Shown: positions 26,128 through 36,289, counted from the first letter of the stretch. The stretch: 64,000 bases of DNA from Nanobdellota archaeon (GCA_027334715.1 DAHWUG010000001.1:107158-171157), one strand, 5' to 3'. The notes: generated from the letters alone by a model not told the origin. Numbers and translations: made by a program.

Positions 26128-26760
26128 ATGGAAGAAGTAGGGAACGCAAGAAATATTTCCAGCAAAACACAAATTGAAATTGATGAAGGGAAAGAAAGAG
26201 AAGCAATGCAGATGGTAGAAGCTGTCCTTTTTGTTTCAGGCAGGTTTTTGGGAATGAAAGAAATGATAATGCTTTCTGACCTGAACCCAATAATAATAAG
26301 GGAAATAATAGAAAAGCTTCAAGATGAATACGAAGAAAGAAATTCTGCATTGAGAATTGTGGAGAAAAATGAAATGTGGAAAATGGACCTTAAGCCTGAA
26401 TTTTCAGGAATAATTAACAAGCTTGCAACAGGAAGCAGCGAGTTTACAAAGGCAGAGCAGGAAACTCTTGCGATAATTGCATTCAAGCAGCCGATAAAAC
26501 AGTCTGTTATAATAAAAATAAGGGGAAACAAGGGATATGACCATATAAAGAAATTCTCGGACCAGGGACTTATAAAAAAGAAAAAGCAGGGACACACGCA
26601 TGAGCTAAGCTTAAGCGACGAGTTCTATGATTATTTTAATGTAGAACAGAAAGCAAAGGAAAAAGAGGAAAAAGAAACAGGTGAAGAAGAAAAAGAAGAA
26701 GGACAGGAAAAAACAGAAGAGATAAAGAACGAAAAAAACGAAGAAAAAAAGGAAAATTAA
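26128..26760 (+). CDS. scpB: segregation and condensation protein B (ScpB) with Glu/Lys-rich tail
   Basis: It has the VEAVLFVSGRFL... pattern and a second winged-helix segment, TKAEQETLAIIAFKQPI....I..IRG. Confidence 0.7.
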   Translation: MEEVGNARNISSKTQIEIDEGKEREAMQMVEAVLFVSGRFLGMKEMIMLSDLNPIIIREIIEKLQDEYEERNSALRIVEKNEMWKMDLKPEFSGIINKLATGSSEFTKAEQETLAIIAFKQPIKQSVIIKIRGNKGYDHIKKFSDQGLIKKKKQGHTHELSLSDEFYDYFNVEQKAKEKEEKETGEEEKEEGQEKTEEIKNEKNEEKKEN

Positions 26761-26761
26761 A

Positions 26762-27994
26762 ATGCTTGATTTTATAACAATAGTATATCTTGTATACACA
26801 TTTATAGCACTTTACTTTCTCTTTCTTTTTATAATCATTTACCTTAAAAACAAGAATAAGATATTTGAAGTTCCAAAATTAACCAGAGAATATTCCTTGA
26901 GCATTGTTGTTCCATGCTATAATGAAGAAGAAAGCATTGGAGGGACAATTGAAGCACTTCTTCATTCTGATTACAAAAACCTGAGGAAAATAATTGTTGT
27001 TGATGACCGCAGCACAGACAATTCCTACCAGATAATAAAGAGATATGCGGCAAAATACAGTAGGGTTATGGCTGTGCAGACACCAAAAAATACAGGAAAG
27101 GCAAGCGGATCAAAGAATTATGGCTCAAGATTTGTAAAAACAGACTTGATTGGATTTGTGGATGCAGACTCTTATCCTGAAAAAGAGGCAATAAGAAATA
27201 TGATTGGCTTTTTTGACAATCCAGATATAGCTGCTGTTACATCCTCTGTTCTTGTAAAAGAAAGGAACAATTTCATTGAAAAGCTGCAGGCAATAGAATA
27301 CAAGATTATAACATTCTCAAGGAAGCTTCTTGGTTTTGTTGATGCCATTTATGTTACTCCTGGTCCTTTGGCAATCTACAGAAAAAATCTTTTTGACAAA
27401 GTTCATGGATTTGATGAACGAAACATGACAGAAGACATTGAGATTACATGGAATTTTGTTTCTCATGGCTATAAGGTTGCCATGAGCACTATCTCAAGAG
27501 TCTATACTGTTGCACCTGACAAATTCAAATTATGGTACAAGCAGAGAATAAGATGGAATGTCGGGGGAATCCAAACAATAAACAAGTATAAAAACAATTT
27601 TATGAAAGCAGGTATGCTTGGCGTCTTTATACTTCCTTTTTTTGTCATGTCATGGGTTATTGGCGTTATTGGAATTTTGTTCCTTGCATATAGAATAATA
27701 AGTCAGGCAATAATTTGGTTTCTGTCAATTTCATACTCAGCACAGGCCCAAACAGCTGTATTAACCCTTAGAGATATAAATTTCACGCCTACTATATTAT
27801 TTTTCTTTGGAATGGCATTGCTTGTTTTAGGAACAGCATTCACCCTTGTCGCTTTGAGCTACACAAAAGAAAAAGGATTTAAAAAGCAAGGGATATTCAG
27901 CTTTTTTGTATATTCATTCGTTTATTTGCTGGCATATCCAGTCATATTGGTCAACTCAGCCTTTAAGTATATTACAAAAACACATAAATGGTAA
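26762..27994 (+). CDS. membrane-embedded family-2 glycosyltransferase (processive, PgaC/NodC/cellulose-synthase-like)
   Basis: 410 aa with an N-terminal TM, SIVVPCYNEE, the VDDRSTD and DAD motifs, TED, Q-R-I-R-W (the QxxRW motif) and C-terminal TM helices. Confidence 0.8.
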   Translation: MLDFITIVYLVYTFIALYFLFLFIIIYLKNKNKIFEVPKLTREYSLSIVVPCYNEEESIGGTIEALLHSDYKNLRKIIVVDDRSTDNSYQIIKRYAAKYSRVMAVQTPKNTGKASGSKNYGSRFVKTDLIGFVDADSYPEKEAIRNMIGFFDNPDIAAVTSSVLVKERNNFIEKLQAIEYKIITFSRKLLGFVDAIYVTPGPLAIYRKNLFDKVHGFDERNMTEDIEITWNFVSHGYKVAMSTISRVYTVAPDKFKLWYKQRIRWNVGGIQTINKYKNNFMKAGMLGVFILPFFVMSWVIGVIGILFLAYRIISQAIIWFLSISYSAQAQTAVLTLRDINFTPTILFFFGMALLVLGTAFTLVALSYTKEKGFKKQGIFSFFVYSFVYLLAYPVILVNSAFKYITKTHKW

Positions 27995-28000
27995 AATAAA

Positions 28001-28657
28001 ATGCTAGAAAGTTCAAAACACGCTTTTTGGGAAGCGTTTGTCATTACAATTGCTGTTTTTGCTTTGGGAATTTTTGTAGGAATTGCATATGAGAACTCCA
28101 ACGCAAATCAAATAAACAAATTTTATTCTTCTTCAGAAATATCACTTATTGACTCATTGGCTTTGAACAATATTTTCCAGACAAACACTGTTACATGCTC
28201 TGCATTCATAAACTCAAGCATTGATTTTGCAGACAGGATTTACCAGGAGGCTTACACCTTGGAACAGTATGAATCAGCTGGTAAGCTTACAGATTCCTTA
28301 AGGCTGGCGCATACTAGATACGACCTTTTGAGGACACTTTTATGGGCAGATGTTATGCAAATACCTGACAAATGCAAAACAAACCTTTCCACAGTTGTTT
28401 ATCTTTACCAGTATGACACCCAGGATTTAAACCAGAAAGCACAGCAAGGTGTATGGTCCACAGTGCTTTTCAACCTGAAACAGCAGGAAGGGAACAGGAT
28501 AATTCTTATTCCCATAGCTGTAGACAGCAACCTTACTTCACTGAACTCATTGATAAGCTCATTTAACATAACAAGATACCCTGCTGTAATAATTGACAAT
28601 AACTATGTTCTTTATAATATAACAACTGTAAACGATGTGGAAAAATATCTCAAATAA
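28001..28657 (+). CDS. N-terminally anchored protein, unknown function
   Basis: 218 aa with one N-terminal TM. It starts 7 nt after the GT2 stop. Confidence 0.4.
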   Translation: MLESSKHAFWEAFVITIAVFALGIFVGIAYENSNANQINKFYSSSEISLIDSLALNNIFQTNTVTCSAFINSSIDFADRIYQEAYTLEQYESAGKLTDSLRLAHTRYDLLRTLLWADVMQIPDKCKTNLSTVVYLYQYDTQDLNQKAQQGVWSTVLFNLKQQEGNRIILIPIAVDSNLTSLNSLISSFNITRYPAVIIDNNYVLYNITTVNDVEKYLK

Positions 28658-28722
28658 AACAGGATTTTTCCTATATTCTGTCATATCCAAATATTAAAAA
28701 ACGACTTTTTTCTCTTTCTTTG

Positions 28723-29484
28723 ATGGAATGTTCTATCTGCGGAGCGAGTGAACTAGTGAGACCTATTTTTCGCGCCCTTTCACCAACAGGCATTGTTCTT
28801 GTATGCGAAAACTGTGCACAGGAGCAAGGATACCCTCTTGTAAAAAAGCCAGAAGTGAAAAAAGAAGAGTTGGAAAAAAGAGACAGTGTTTATGAGACAA
28901 TGGTCAGGCTTTCTGGAGTCAAAAGAAAGGAACCAGAGAGATTTGAACTAATTGGTCAGGAAAGAAAAATAAAAGAAGTTGTAAGCAAAAATTATGAGAA
29001 AAAACTAAAACAGGAAACAATAAGCCTTGCCCCCAGACCGGACCTTGTTGACAATTTTCACTGGATAATCATGAGGGTTCGCCGTGTCAAGGGGCTTACA
29101 CAGGGACAGCTTGCAGACAGAATAGGCGAGACAGAATCTGCGATCAAAATGGCAGAGCAGGGAATAATTCCACAGGGGTATGAATTACTGAACAAACTTG
29201 AGAGATTTCTTGGAGTCAGGCTTGTTAAAGACAATGTAATTCATCCAGAAACAAGTCCTTTCCAAAAGACACAGCTTGATTTAAGCAATTCAAACATTGT
29301 TCCTACAAAACAGCTGCCAAAAACAGTTCCTGAAGCAAGAAAAACAGAGCCCGCAAAAATTACTTATCCCAAATCAGGAATTATTAATTTTGACAAAAAA
29401 ATACTTGATACTCTTACAATAGATGATCTGAAAAGGATTAAAATGGAAAAGGAAAAAGGAAGCAAATCTGAAGAAGAGAAATAA
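28723..29484 (+). CDS. MBF1-like zinc-ribbon plus HTH (XRE) transcription factor
   Basis: It has CSICG...CENC at the N-terminus and an HTH segment, VKGLTQGQLADRIGETESAIKMAEQG. The track start at 28720 is TTG; the ATG is at 28723. The C-terminal extension is long. Confidence 0.6.
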   Translation: MECSICGASELVRPIFRALSPTGIVLVCENCAQEQGYPLVKKPEVKKEELEKRDSVYETMVRLSGVKRKEPERFELIGQERKIKEVVSKNYEKKLKQETISLAPRPDLVDNFHWIIMRVRRVKGLTQGQLADRIGETESAIKMAEQGIIPQGYELLNKLERFLGVRLVKDNVIHPETSPFQKTQLDLSNSNIVPTKQLPKTVPEARKTEPAKITYPKSGIINFDKKILDTLTIDDLKRIKMEKEKGSKSEEEK

Positions 29485-29492
29485 ATAAAAAA

Positions 29493-29792
29493 ATGGATAC
29501 CAAAATACTTTATCATGATGACCAGATACAAATACATTTTTATTCTAAGGCAGAATGTCATATCTTAACATTGGAAAAACAAATACTGCTTCTCTCCAGG
29601 GGTGTTCTAGAAGAATTGGCAAGAACCCCACTAGCTAATTTAAAAAGTAAGATTTCTGCAATTGACCCGTCTTTTGATTACACTATGGGGAAATATGCCC
29701 TTCCTTATGAAAGAGTTGCCATTGCAATAACGCAGGCACGAGTTAATGAATTAGAAGATGAATTAAGAAATTCCGGAAAATACGCCCCTTAA
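29493..29792 (+). CDS. hypothetical protein
   Basis: 99-aa ORF. No family recognised. Confidence 0.35.
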   Translation: MDTKILYHDDQIQIHFYSKAECHILTLEKQILLLSRGVLEELARTPLANLKSKISAIDPSFDYTMGKYALPYERVAIAITQARVNELEDELRNSGKYAP

Positions 29793-29845
29793 TCTTCCTG
29801 GCTTATTAACAGAAAGTTTATAAATCAAATTCCTGATTTCTTAAT

Positions 29846-30109
29846 ATGGAACTTGAAATTCTTAAAAGCTCAAAGGAAGAAATTGAAGTAAGGCTTGAAA
29901 ATCTGACTTTGGTTGAAATCTTAAGAGTTTATCTCAACAAAGATTCAGGAGTAAGCTTTGCAGCCTGGAAAAGAGAGCACCCTTCTGAGAAGCCAATACT
30001 AAAGGTTGTGACAAAAGGCAAAACAGCCAAAAAAGCAATTGCAGATGCGGTCAAGGAAATAACAAAGGACCTTGACAAAATAGAATCTGATTTCAAGAAG
30101 ATGAAGTAA
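29846..30109 (+). CDS. rpoL: DNA-directed RNA polymerase subunit L (Rpo11)
   Basis: 87 aa. The pattern LE......L.L.EILRVYLNKDSGVSFAAWKREHP....P.L.V.T.G resembles RpoL. Confidence 0.55.
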   Translation: MELEILKSSKEEIEVRLENLTLVEILRVYLNKDSGVSFAAWKREHPSEKPILKVVTKGKTAKKAIADAVKEITKDLDKIESDFKKMK

Positions 30110-30257
30110 GTTTTGTAATTATTAATCCCCCCCACACTTTTTTAATGAAGAAACGAATTATACCCATTAAATCAAAATTATCTATTAATAGGCGAGCGAA
30201 GCGAGAGAGTTAGTACATTACAATAATCCTTATTAATCAAAATAATTTTTTTCAGAT

Positions 30258-30995
30258 ATGGACATCCAGAAAATTTCTGCAGGAAGCTTTGATTTGAACA
30301 AATGGCTTTACGGGGGATATGAAGCAGGAATTATAACAATGATTGCAGGGCCTCCTGCCAGCGGAAAGACAAATTTTGTAATACTTGCTGCATGCAGCCT
30401 GGCAAAAAAAGGAACAAAAGTAATTTTTATTGACACAGAAGGCGGATTCAGTGTTGAAAGGGTAAAGCAGATTGTCGGGGAAAATTATGAAAATGTCTTA
30501 AAAAATATTTTTCTTCTGCAGCCAGGAGATTTCTATGAGCAACGGAAGATTTTCAACAGGCTGGCTGAAAGAGCGAAAAAAGAAAGCATTGGTTTGATAA
30601 TTGTTGATGGGATGGCAATGAATTACAGGCTTGAATTGGGAACTGTCAAGAACAAGGAGAATGCAACAGCTGAAGACATAAAAAAAGTAAACAGGGTACT
30701 TGCATGGCAGATGAAAGTCCTTGCAGAGATATCAAGAAAACAGGAAATTCCTGTGATAATTACAAACCAGGTTTATTCTGAATTTTTGTCAGAAGAGCAA
30801 CTGAAAAAAGGAATTAAGCCAGGCGTTAATCTTGTTGGCGGAGACCTTATGAAATACTGGAGCAAGGCAATAATTGAGCTTGGTAATGACAATGGAAAAA
30901 GAAAGGCAATTCTTCTCAAGCACAGGAGCATGCCTCAGAAAGAGCTTAATTTTGAGATACGAAATGCCGGAATTTTCAGAAAAGGGTGGATATGA
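30258..30995 (+). CDS. radB: RadB (RadA/Rad51 paralog lacking the N-terminal HhH domain)
   Basis: 245 aa with Walker A (GPPASGKT) and Walker B (LIIVD). Confidence 0.8.
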   Translation: MDIQKISAGSFDLNKWLYGGYEAGIITMIAGPPASGKTNFVILAACSLAKKGTKVIFIDTEGGFSVERVKQIVGENYENVLKNIFLLQPGDFYEQRKIFNRLAERAKKESIGLIIVDGMAMNYRLELGTVKNKENATAEDIKKVNRVLAWQMKVLAEISRKQEIPVIITNQVYSEFLSEEQLKKGIKPGVNLVGGDLMKYWSKAIIELGNDNGKRKAILLKHRSMPQKELNFEIRNAGIFRKGWI

Positions 30996-31160
30996 AATTG
31001 ATTAAGAGGTATAAAGAGCAATAATATTAAAAAATAAAATTTAATAATAAAAAGTCAGATTATCTTATCATAAAATAATTGTTATTTATTTGGTTATTTA
31101 GCTTTTAGCACTAGTTTTATTAAGGCTTTTTTCCTATAACACTAATTAAGGAGGTGTAAA

Positions 31161-31343
31161 ATGTGGATGCATCATAATGGTAAGGATCTTATTTTGGGTC
31201 TTGTCATACTGATTGTTACAATTTGGCCAGCAATATTTGGTTCTGTTGCTAGCATGTGGATAGTAATCCTTGCCGCTTTATTACTGGTAATACACGGGCT
31301 TTTCTGCATGCATGGGAAAAAGCCTGAACACAAAAGAAGGTAA
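31161..31343 (+). CDS. small two-TM membrane protein
   Basis: 60 aa. It is preceded by a strong SD-like AAGGAGGTG at 31148-31156. Confidence 0.45.
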   Translation: MWMHHNGKDLILGLVILIVTIWPAIFGSVASMWIVILAALLLVIHGLFCMHGKKPEHKRR

Positions 31344-31438
31344 TTTCTTTTTTATTTTTTTCCTTCTTATTTTTTTTATTTTTAAACAACTTTTAGGTAG
31401 TTCTTAAATATTTTAAACATCTTTTTCCTTGATTTTTA

Positions 31439-32668
31439 ATGCCTGAAGAAAGCAATGAAGAAAAAGACATAAAATTTGAAGTAATAAAAAAGATAGCTAA
31501 CACCAAATTCAAATACAAGGATATTGAAAAGGTTTCACAGATTTCCTCAAGTTCGCCCCCAAGCGTTTTTATTGGCTCAAAGCTAAAATACCCTCTTGTT
31601 AATGTCGGAATACTAAGCCCTTTGGAAAGAGATGAAGATGTATGGGTTTATGACGATGCAGAATTCTGGGCAAAGAACAATTTTGGTATTAGGGATGTAA
31701 TAAATCTTAGGGAAAGCCTTCTTAATTCAAGGTTTCAGTCAAAAGTTACTGACATAAGGTCAAGCAGCAAGAAATTTGTTGACATGGCGCAGGAAATCGC
31801 AATTGCTTCCAAACCTGTTGATCTTGAAATTGAGCTGAAATCCAAAGTCGGACCTGGCTTTAAAAGAGACAGGGTTGTTCTTCCCCAGGGAATGCATGCT
31901 CCATTGAAAAAGGCAACAATAACAAGCAATGTAAAGATTGACCAGAAACTGGACAAGGTCATGAATGATGACATAAAAGCAGCAGAGGCTGTCGAATTCC
32001 TCTATAAAAATTCTTTTTCAGAATACACACTGAGCAAAATTCTTAGTGTTGGTGTTTTGGGCATGAAAAAAGACAGGAAGCTTGTTCCAACTCGCTGGAG
32101 CATAACTGCCACAGATGACATGCTTGGAAAGCAACTTCTTGAAAAAATCAGGCAATACAAATGGATTGAAAATTATGAATTCTTTTTTGGAGAGTTCATG
32201 GGAAACTGCTATCTGATAATGCTTTTTCCAAATATTTTTTCATATGAGCTTTTTGAGCTTTATATGCCTGGCAGCTCATGGAATCCAAGCAATGATATAA
32301 AAGCATCAACTGATATGGAGGATTTTTACGGAAGAACAAGCTATGCTTCAAATACTGCTGGAGGATATTATGCAGCAAGGCTTCCCATATTAGAATACCT
32401 GGAAAGCATTCAACGACAGGCTTCAATCCTTGCCATAAGAATAGAGCTTCCAACTTATTGGGCAGCTTTAGGTGTATGGGTTGTAAGGGAAAGCGTTAAA
32501 AAAGCAATGGAAAACAAAAAATTCCAGTTCGATGATATGAAAGAAATGATTGAAAGTGTGAGAAAAGTCGGAATGATTAAGTTTGGTTACGATCCAACTA
32601 AAATATTTAAGAAAAGTAAACTAATTGCATCTTTAGATCAAAAGAGTCTTACTGAATTCTTTGCGTAA
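31439..32668 (+). CDS. Nre-family DNA repair protein (DUF650/DUF651)
   Basis: 409 aa with the family signatures SPPSVFIGSKLKYPLVNVGILSP and LVPTRWSITATDD. The usual N-terminal Cys cluster seems absent. Confidence 0.65.
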   Translation: MPEESNEEKDIKFEVIKKIANTKFKYKDIEKVSQISSSSPPSVFIGSKLKYPLVNVGILSPLERDEDVWVYDDAEFWAKNNFGIRDVINLRESLLNSRFQSKVTDIRSSSKKFVDMAQEIAIASKPVDLEIELKSKVGPGFKRDRVVLPQGMHAPLKKATITSNVKIDQKLDKVMNDDIKAAEAVEFLYKNSFSEYTLSKILSVGVLGMKKDRKLVPTRWSITATDDMLGKQLLEKIRQYKWIENYEFFFGEFMGNCYLIMLFPNIFSYELFELYMPGSSWNPSNDIKASTDMEDFYGRTSYASNTAGGYYAARLPILEYLESIQRQASILAIRIELPTYWAALGVWVVRESVKKAMENKKFQFDDMKEMIESVRKVGMIKFGYDPTKIFKKSKLIASLDQKSLTEFFA

Positions 32669-33805
32669 ATTTATTGTTTTTATGTGCTAAAGTGCATGTT
32701 GGAAAAATGGAAGACAACTCTTTCATATCTTCATACAGCTTATTATAACTCTTTGATGATATGCTAAACCTGTAAACATCAAATTTTCCATAAGCATATT
32801 TTTTTCTTATGGGATGATATATATACCCACATTTTATGCCAATACTTCTTATATCATTCATTAATCTTGCATTCTTTCCATAAATAGTTATAACTCCCCA
32901 TACATGTCCTTCATCTATTATAAAAGAGATTAGTCCAGCAACCAAAAAATCTCTTTTTAACTTTTTGATGTTTTCTGGAGTATAGGATTCAAAAGTGTTT
33001 GTGCTTGGAAGCTTAAAATAATAATTATAAAACTCCGTGATAATTTTTGGAATATTTAGCCGACCATTGTTAAACTCTTTTTTAGGATAATCAAAATCAC
33101 CAAACACACTTTGCAATTTCTTTAGAAAATTGTTTAGCCCTTCTTTATTCATTTGCCTATAAGAAGAAACTTCTCCTTTTTTTCCTATATGCCCGTCCCC
33201 TAAAAAATGAAATATTACTGAGACCATTTCTGGAGTGAAATATAATGGTAATTTTGGATTAAATATGGGATGAGATTTTCCAGTGCCTGTGTAAAGTTCG
33301 ATATTCTTTTCTATTTCTTTTATTGTCTTATTACCTATTTTATTACTCTTAGAAAGGATTTTTGAAATCTCTATTAAAAGCCATAGCGGGATATATACAT
33401 TTTTTATCTTCCCTCTGTCCTTTTTTGAACCTTTAATCCATGAACTTAAATGTCCTGTGTTATAATTTCTTTTTATCTTATATTCCCCTGAGCCTGAGGG
33501 GAACCACGGACATTGATTATCATGTTTCTGTTTTTTTCCAAAGCAGGATAAATACAATAAGTCATCTGTGTGTGCCACTTTTTGTTAATATCCCTGAAAA
33601 TCTTGCTTATTCCCAGGAAATCCTGCTCTGTAAAGTGAACAAATCCCATATTCAAGTCAAATTCATAAACAGTTGGTCTTCCCATGTAAAATGGCATCTT
33701 TCTTTTACCAAACAATTTGAAATTAAAATTTCTTAACTTGCTGACAACCTCATTAACCAGCTTTTTTTCAGTGAATGGCCTGCTTACATCAAACTCTTTT
33801 TTCAT
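32649..33805 (-). pseudogene. free-standing double-motif LAGLIDADG homing-endonuclease-like gene, frameshifted at an A7 run
   Basis: ORFs 33473-33805 and 32649-33578 overlap in different frames, and the downstream one has only a GTG start. Adding one A to the A7 run (T7 on the plus strand, 33531-33537) fuses them into about 385 aa. The LAGLIDADG motifs are VIFHFLGDGHIG and GLISFIIDEGHV. Confidence 0.6.
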
Positions 33806-33829
33806 AGAACTAAAATATGCAAAACCCAG

Positions 33830-36184
33830 TTAAATATCTTTCTGAGAATTGTTTTCAGCTTCCTTCTTTTTTCTGTATTCTTCCAGTCGTGCCTTGTTTG
33901 TTTCGCAATCCCTGTTGAAGCAGAAGATCCATGGTCTCTTGCCTTTTTTCAGGGACATTAGCATTGGAAATCCGCACTTGTCGCAAATCTTGTCTGCTTT
34001 CTTTATGAATGTTGCAGGGGGAAGAGAATATGTGTTCTTGCATTCAGGGTATCTGTCGCATGCAATGAAGGAGCGCTTTGTTTTTGGAGAATATGTTATC
34101 TTCAAATTTCCTTTCTGGCAGACAGGGCACTGGTTCAGCTTATTTTCCTCTTTTTGCTGTGCCCAGATTTTTTCATTGGCTCCTGCAAGTTCTTCTCCTA
34201 TTTCTTTTTCCTTTGACTTGAACTGCTGCGATATTTTTGTTATAGCTATTTTTGCCTCATCAATGACTTTTTGCTCTTTTTCCTGCTGGTTTTTCTTTGC
34301 AATTTGTATCTCATTCATTTCTTTTTCAAAGCTTCTTGTCAGTTTTTCATCTATTATTATTGGAGAGTGCTTTTCAAGGGTTTCAACAAGTGAAATCCCT
34401 AGAGGAGTTGCCTTTATGCTTTGCCCCTGAACATATCCTCTGTCGTAAAGAGTTTCAATGACAGAAGCTCTTGTTGCCTTTGTTCCAAGATTTCTTTTTT
34501 CAAGCTCTGAAACAAGAGAAGCAGGTGAAAATCTTTTTGGGGGCTGTGTTTCCTTTTCAACAATGTTTGAATTCGAGATTTTTATTTTTCCGTTTACATC
34601 TGGAATATGCGCTTCCGGCATTTTTATTGGATAAATATCCATCCAGCCTGGTTTTTCAACAGAAGAACCACGTTTTACAAAATTAAATCCATTGACCTTT
34701 GCTGTTATTACTTTATTTTCAATAACCGCATCTTCGCAGAACAAAGAAAGAAATCTTTTTGCTATCAATCCATAAATTTTTTCCTCATCTTCACTCATTG
34801 CTCCTGAATTTCCTGTAGGGTATATTGAAGGATGGGCAGGGTCTGTCTTTTTGCCTTCAACAGGTGTTTTTCTTGAAATCAGTTTTTCTGCATTAAATCT
34901 TGCAGCTAATTTTTTTAAAATATTAAGGTAAGCTATTGAAGGAGGAAGTTTCTGGCTTGAAGTTCTTGGATACGAAATTAAGCCTGCCAGATAAAGATTT
35001 TGTGCTAACTGCAATGCACGTGCGGGATTTATTCCAAAAACCCTGTACGCTTCTGTTTGCAAAGTAGTAAGGTTAAAAGGAGGGTTTGGAGGAATTTCCT
35101 GTGTCTTTTTCTGCGTTTCAACATCTGCTATTTTTCCTTTTAAATCTTTGAATTTTTCAAGCTCTGTTTTTTTGAAGATGTCCTTATTATGAACCATCTC
35201 TATTTTTCCTTTTTCTGTGTCAAGGGTTATGAAAACCTGCCAGTAAGGAAGCGGTTTGAATTCAGAGATTTGCTTTTCTTTTTCAACAATTAAATTTAAC
35301 GTTGGCCCCTGCACGCGGCCAATTGACATTATTTTGAATTTTCCGATTGACTTCAGCGCGCTCATAAGCTCTCTTGAAAGATTTATTCCATAAAACCAGT
35401 CAAGATAATGCCTTGTTTCGCCTGCTATTGCCTGGCCCCAGTCAATTGTTGGAGACTTGCTTTCATAGGAATCATTGAGCTCTTTTTCAGTAAGTGTTGA
35501 GTATTTCATTCTTGAGGCATCTTTTTGATTTGCAATAAAACGGACGATGTTCAGCCCTATTACTTCTCCTTCTGTATCATAATCTGTAGCAACCGTAATA
35601 GAACCAGCTTCTTTAACAAGAGACAGAAGAGTGTCATAATATTTCTTTGTAAAATCCCCTTTTCTTGCAATATAATTCGGAACCCATTTTAGGTCAAAAG
35701 TTGGACCACCTGTCATATTTCTTGAGGTTTGCGTTAATGTGAACAAATGGCCGACAGCGCATGCAACAACAATTTCTTTTCCATTTCTGTTTACCTCATA
35801 ATATGAAATACCATGCTCATTTCTCTGAACTGATTTTCCCAATGCAGATGCAATTTTCAAAGCTGCCTGTGGCTTTTCTGTTACAATAAGCTCGTAGCCG
35901 CCTTGCTTGAGATTTATTTTTTTTGGAACAAAATCAATTGCTGTTTTTTTTGGCTTTCTCTGTGTTTTTCCCCTTACATTTTTCTTAATTCTTGCCCTTT
36001 TTGTCTTTGCCGGCTTTTCCGGGATAATTTTCCCTTCTTTTTCAACTGTTGTAAGAGAAGAAACATCTATCTGTTTTACAGGCTTTTCAATAGAATATTT
36101 TAAGTCTTCCGGTTTTACAGGAAAAAATTCCTGAGCTGTTATTTCTGCCCTTGTCTGTTTTTGTTTTTTCGGCGCTTTTGGCAT
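33830..36184 (-). CDS. topA: DNA topoisomerase I (type IA)
   Basis: 784 aa. It has a Toprim segment (ELIVTEKPQAA...VATDYDTEGE), an active-site region (GLISYPRTSS) and C-terminal zinc ribbons (CPVC...CDRYPEC, CDKCG...CFNRDC). The first 90 or so residues are a Lys-rich extension. Confidence 0.9.
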   Translation of the reverse strand: MPKAPKKQKQTRAEITAQEFFPVKPEDLKYSIEKPVKQIDVSSLTTVEKEGKIIPEKPAKTKRARIKKNVRGKTQRKPKKTAIDFVPKKINLKQGGYELIVTEKPQAALKIASALGKSVQRNEHGISYYEVNRNGKEIVVACAVGHLFTLTQTSRNMTGGPTFDLKWVPNYIARKGDFTKKYYDTLLSLVKEAGSITVATDYDTEGEVIGLNIVRFIANQKDASRMKYSTLTEKELNDSYESKSPTIDWGQAIAGETRHYLDWFYGINLSRELMSALKSIGKFKIMSIGRVQGPTLNLIVEKEKQISEFKPLPYWQVFITLDTEKGKIEMVHNKDIFKKTELEKFKDLKGKIADVETQKKTQEIPPNPPFNLTTLQTEAYRVFGINPARALQLAQNLYLAGLISYPRTSSQKLPPSIAYLNILKKLAARFNAEKLISRKTPVEGKKTDPAHPSIYPTGNSGAMSEDEEKIYGLIAKRFLSLFCEDAVIENKVITAKVNGFNFVKRGSSVEKPGWMDIYPIKMPEAHIPDVNGKIKISNSNIVEKETQPPKRFSPASLVSELEKRNLGTKATRASVIETLYDRGYVQGQSIKATPLGISLVETLEKHSPIIIDEKLTRSFEKEMNEIQIAKKNQQEKEQKVIDEAKIAITKISQQFKSKEKEIGEELAGANEKIWAQQKEENKLNQCPVCQKGNLKITYSPKTKRSFIACDRYPECKNTYSLPPATFIKKADKICDKCGFPMLMSLKKGKRPWIFCFNRDCETNKARLEEYRKKKEAENNSQKDI

Positions 36185-36289
36185 TCATAATACAGGAAAC
36201 AGGTGTTTTATAAATTTTTCATAGGTCTTTCTTTCTTTGTCCGGATAAAAGTAGATAACTTTTTAAGATATAAATCCTTTTTTTTGTTT

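Noticed and set aside
26611-26799. A 62-aa minus-strand ORF rich in Phe.
   Set aside because: It is antisense to the Glu/Lys-rich tail of ScpB (GAA/AAA repeats read as TTC/TTT), so it is an artefact.
36203-36289. A 29-aa N-terminal extension of the SemiSWEET-like ORF, from a GTG start.
   Set aside because: The extension overlaps the divergent topA promoter region and contains the TATA-like element. The ATG at 36290 gives a protein that aligns with the family.
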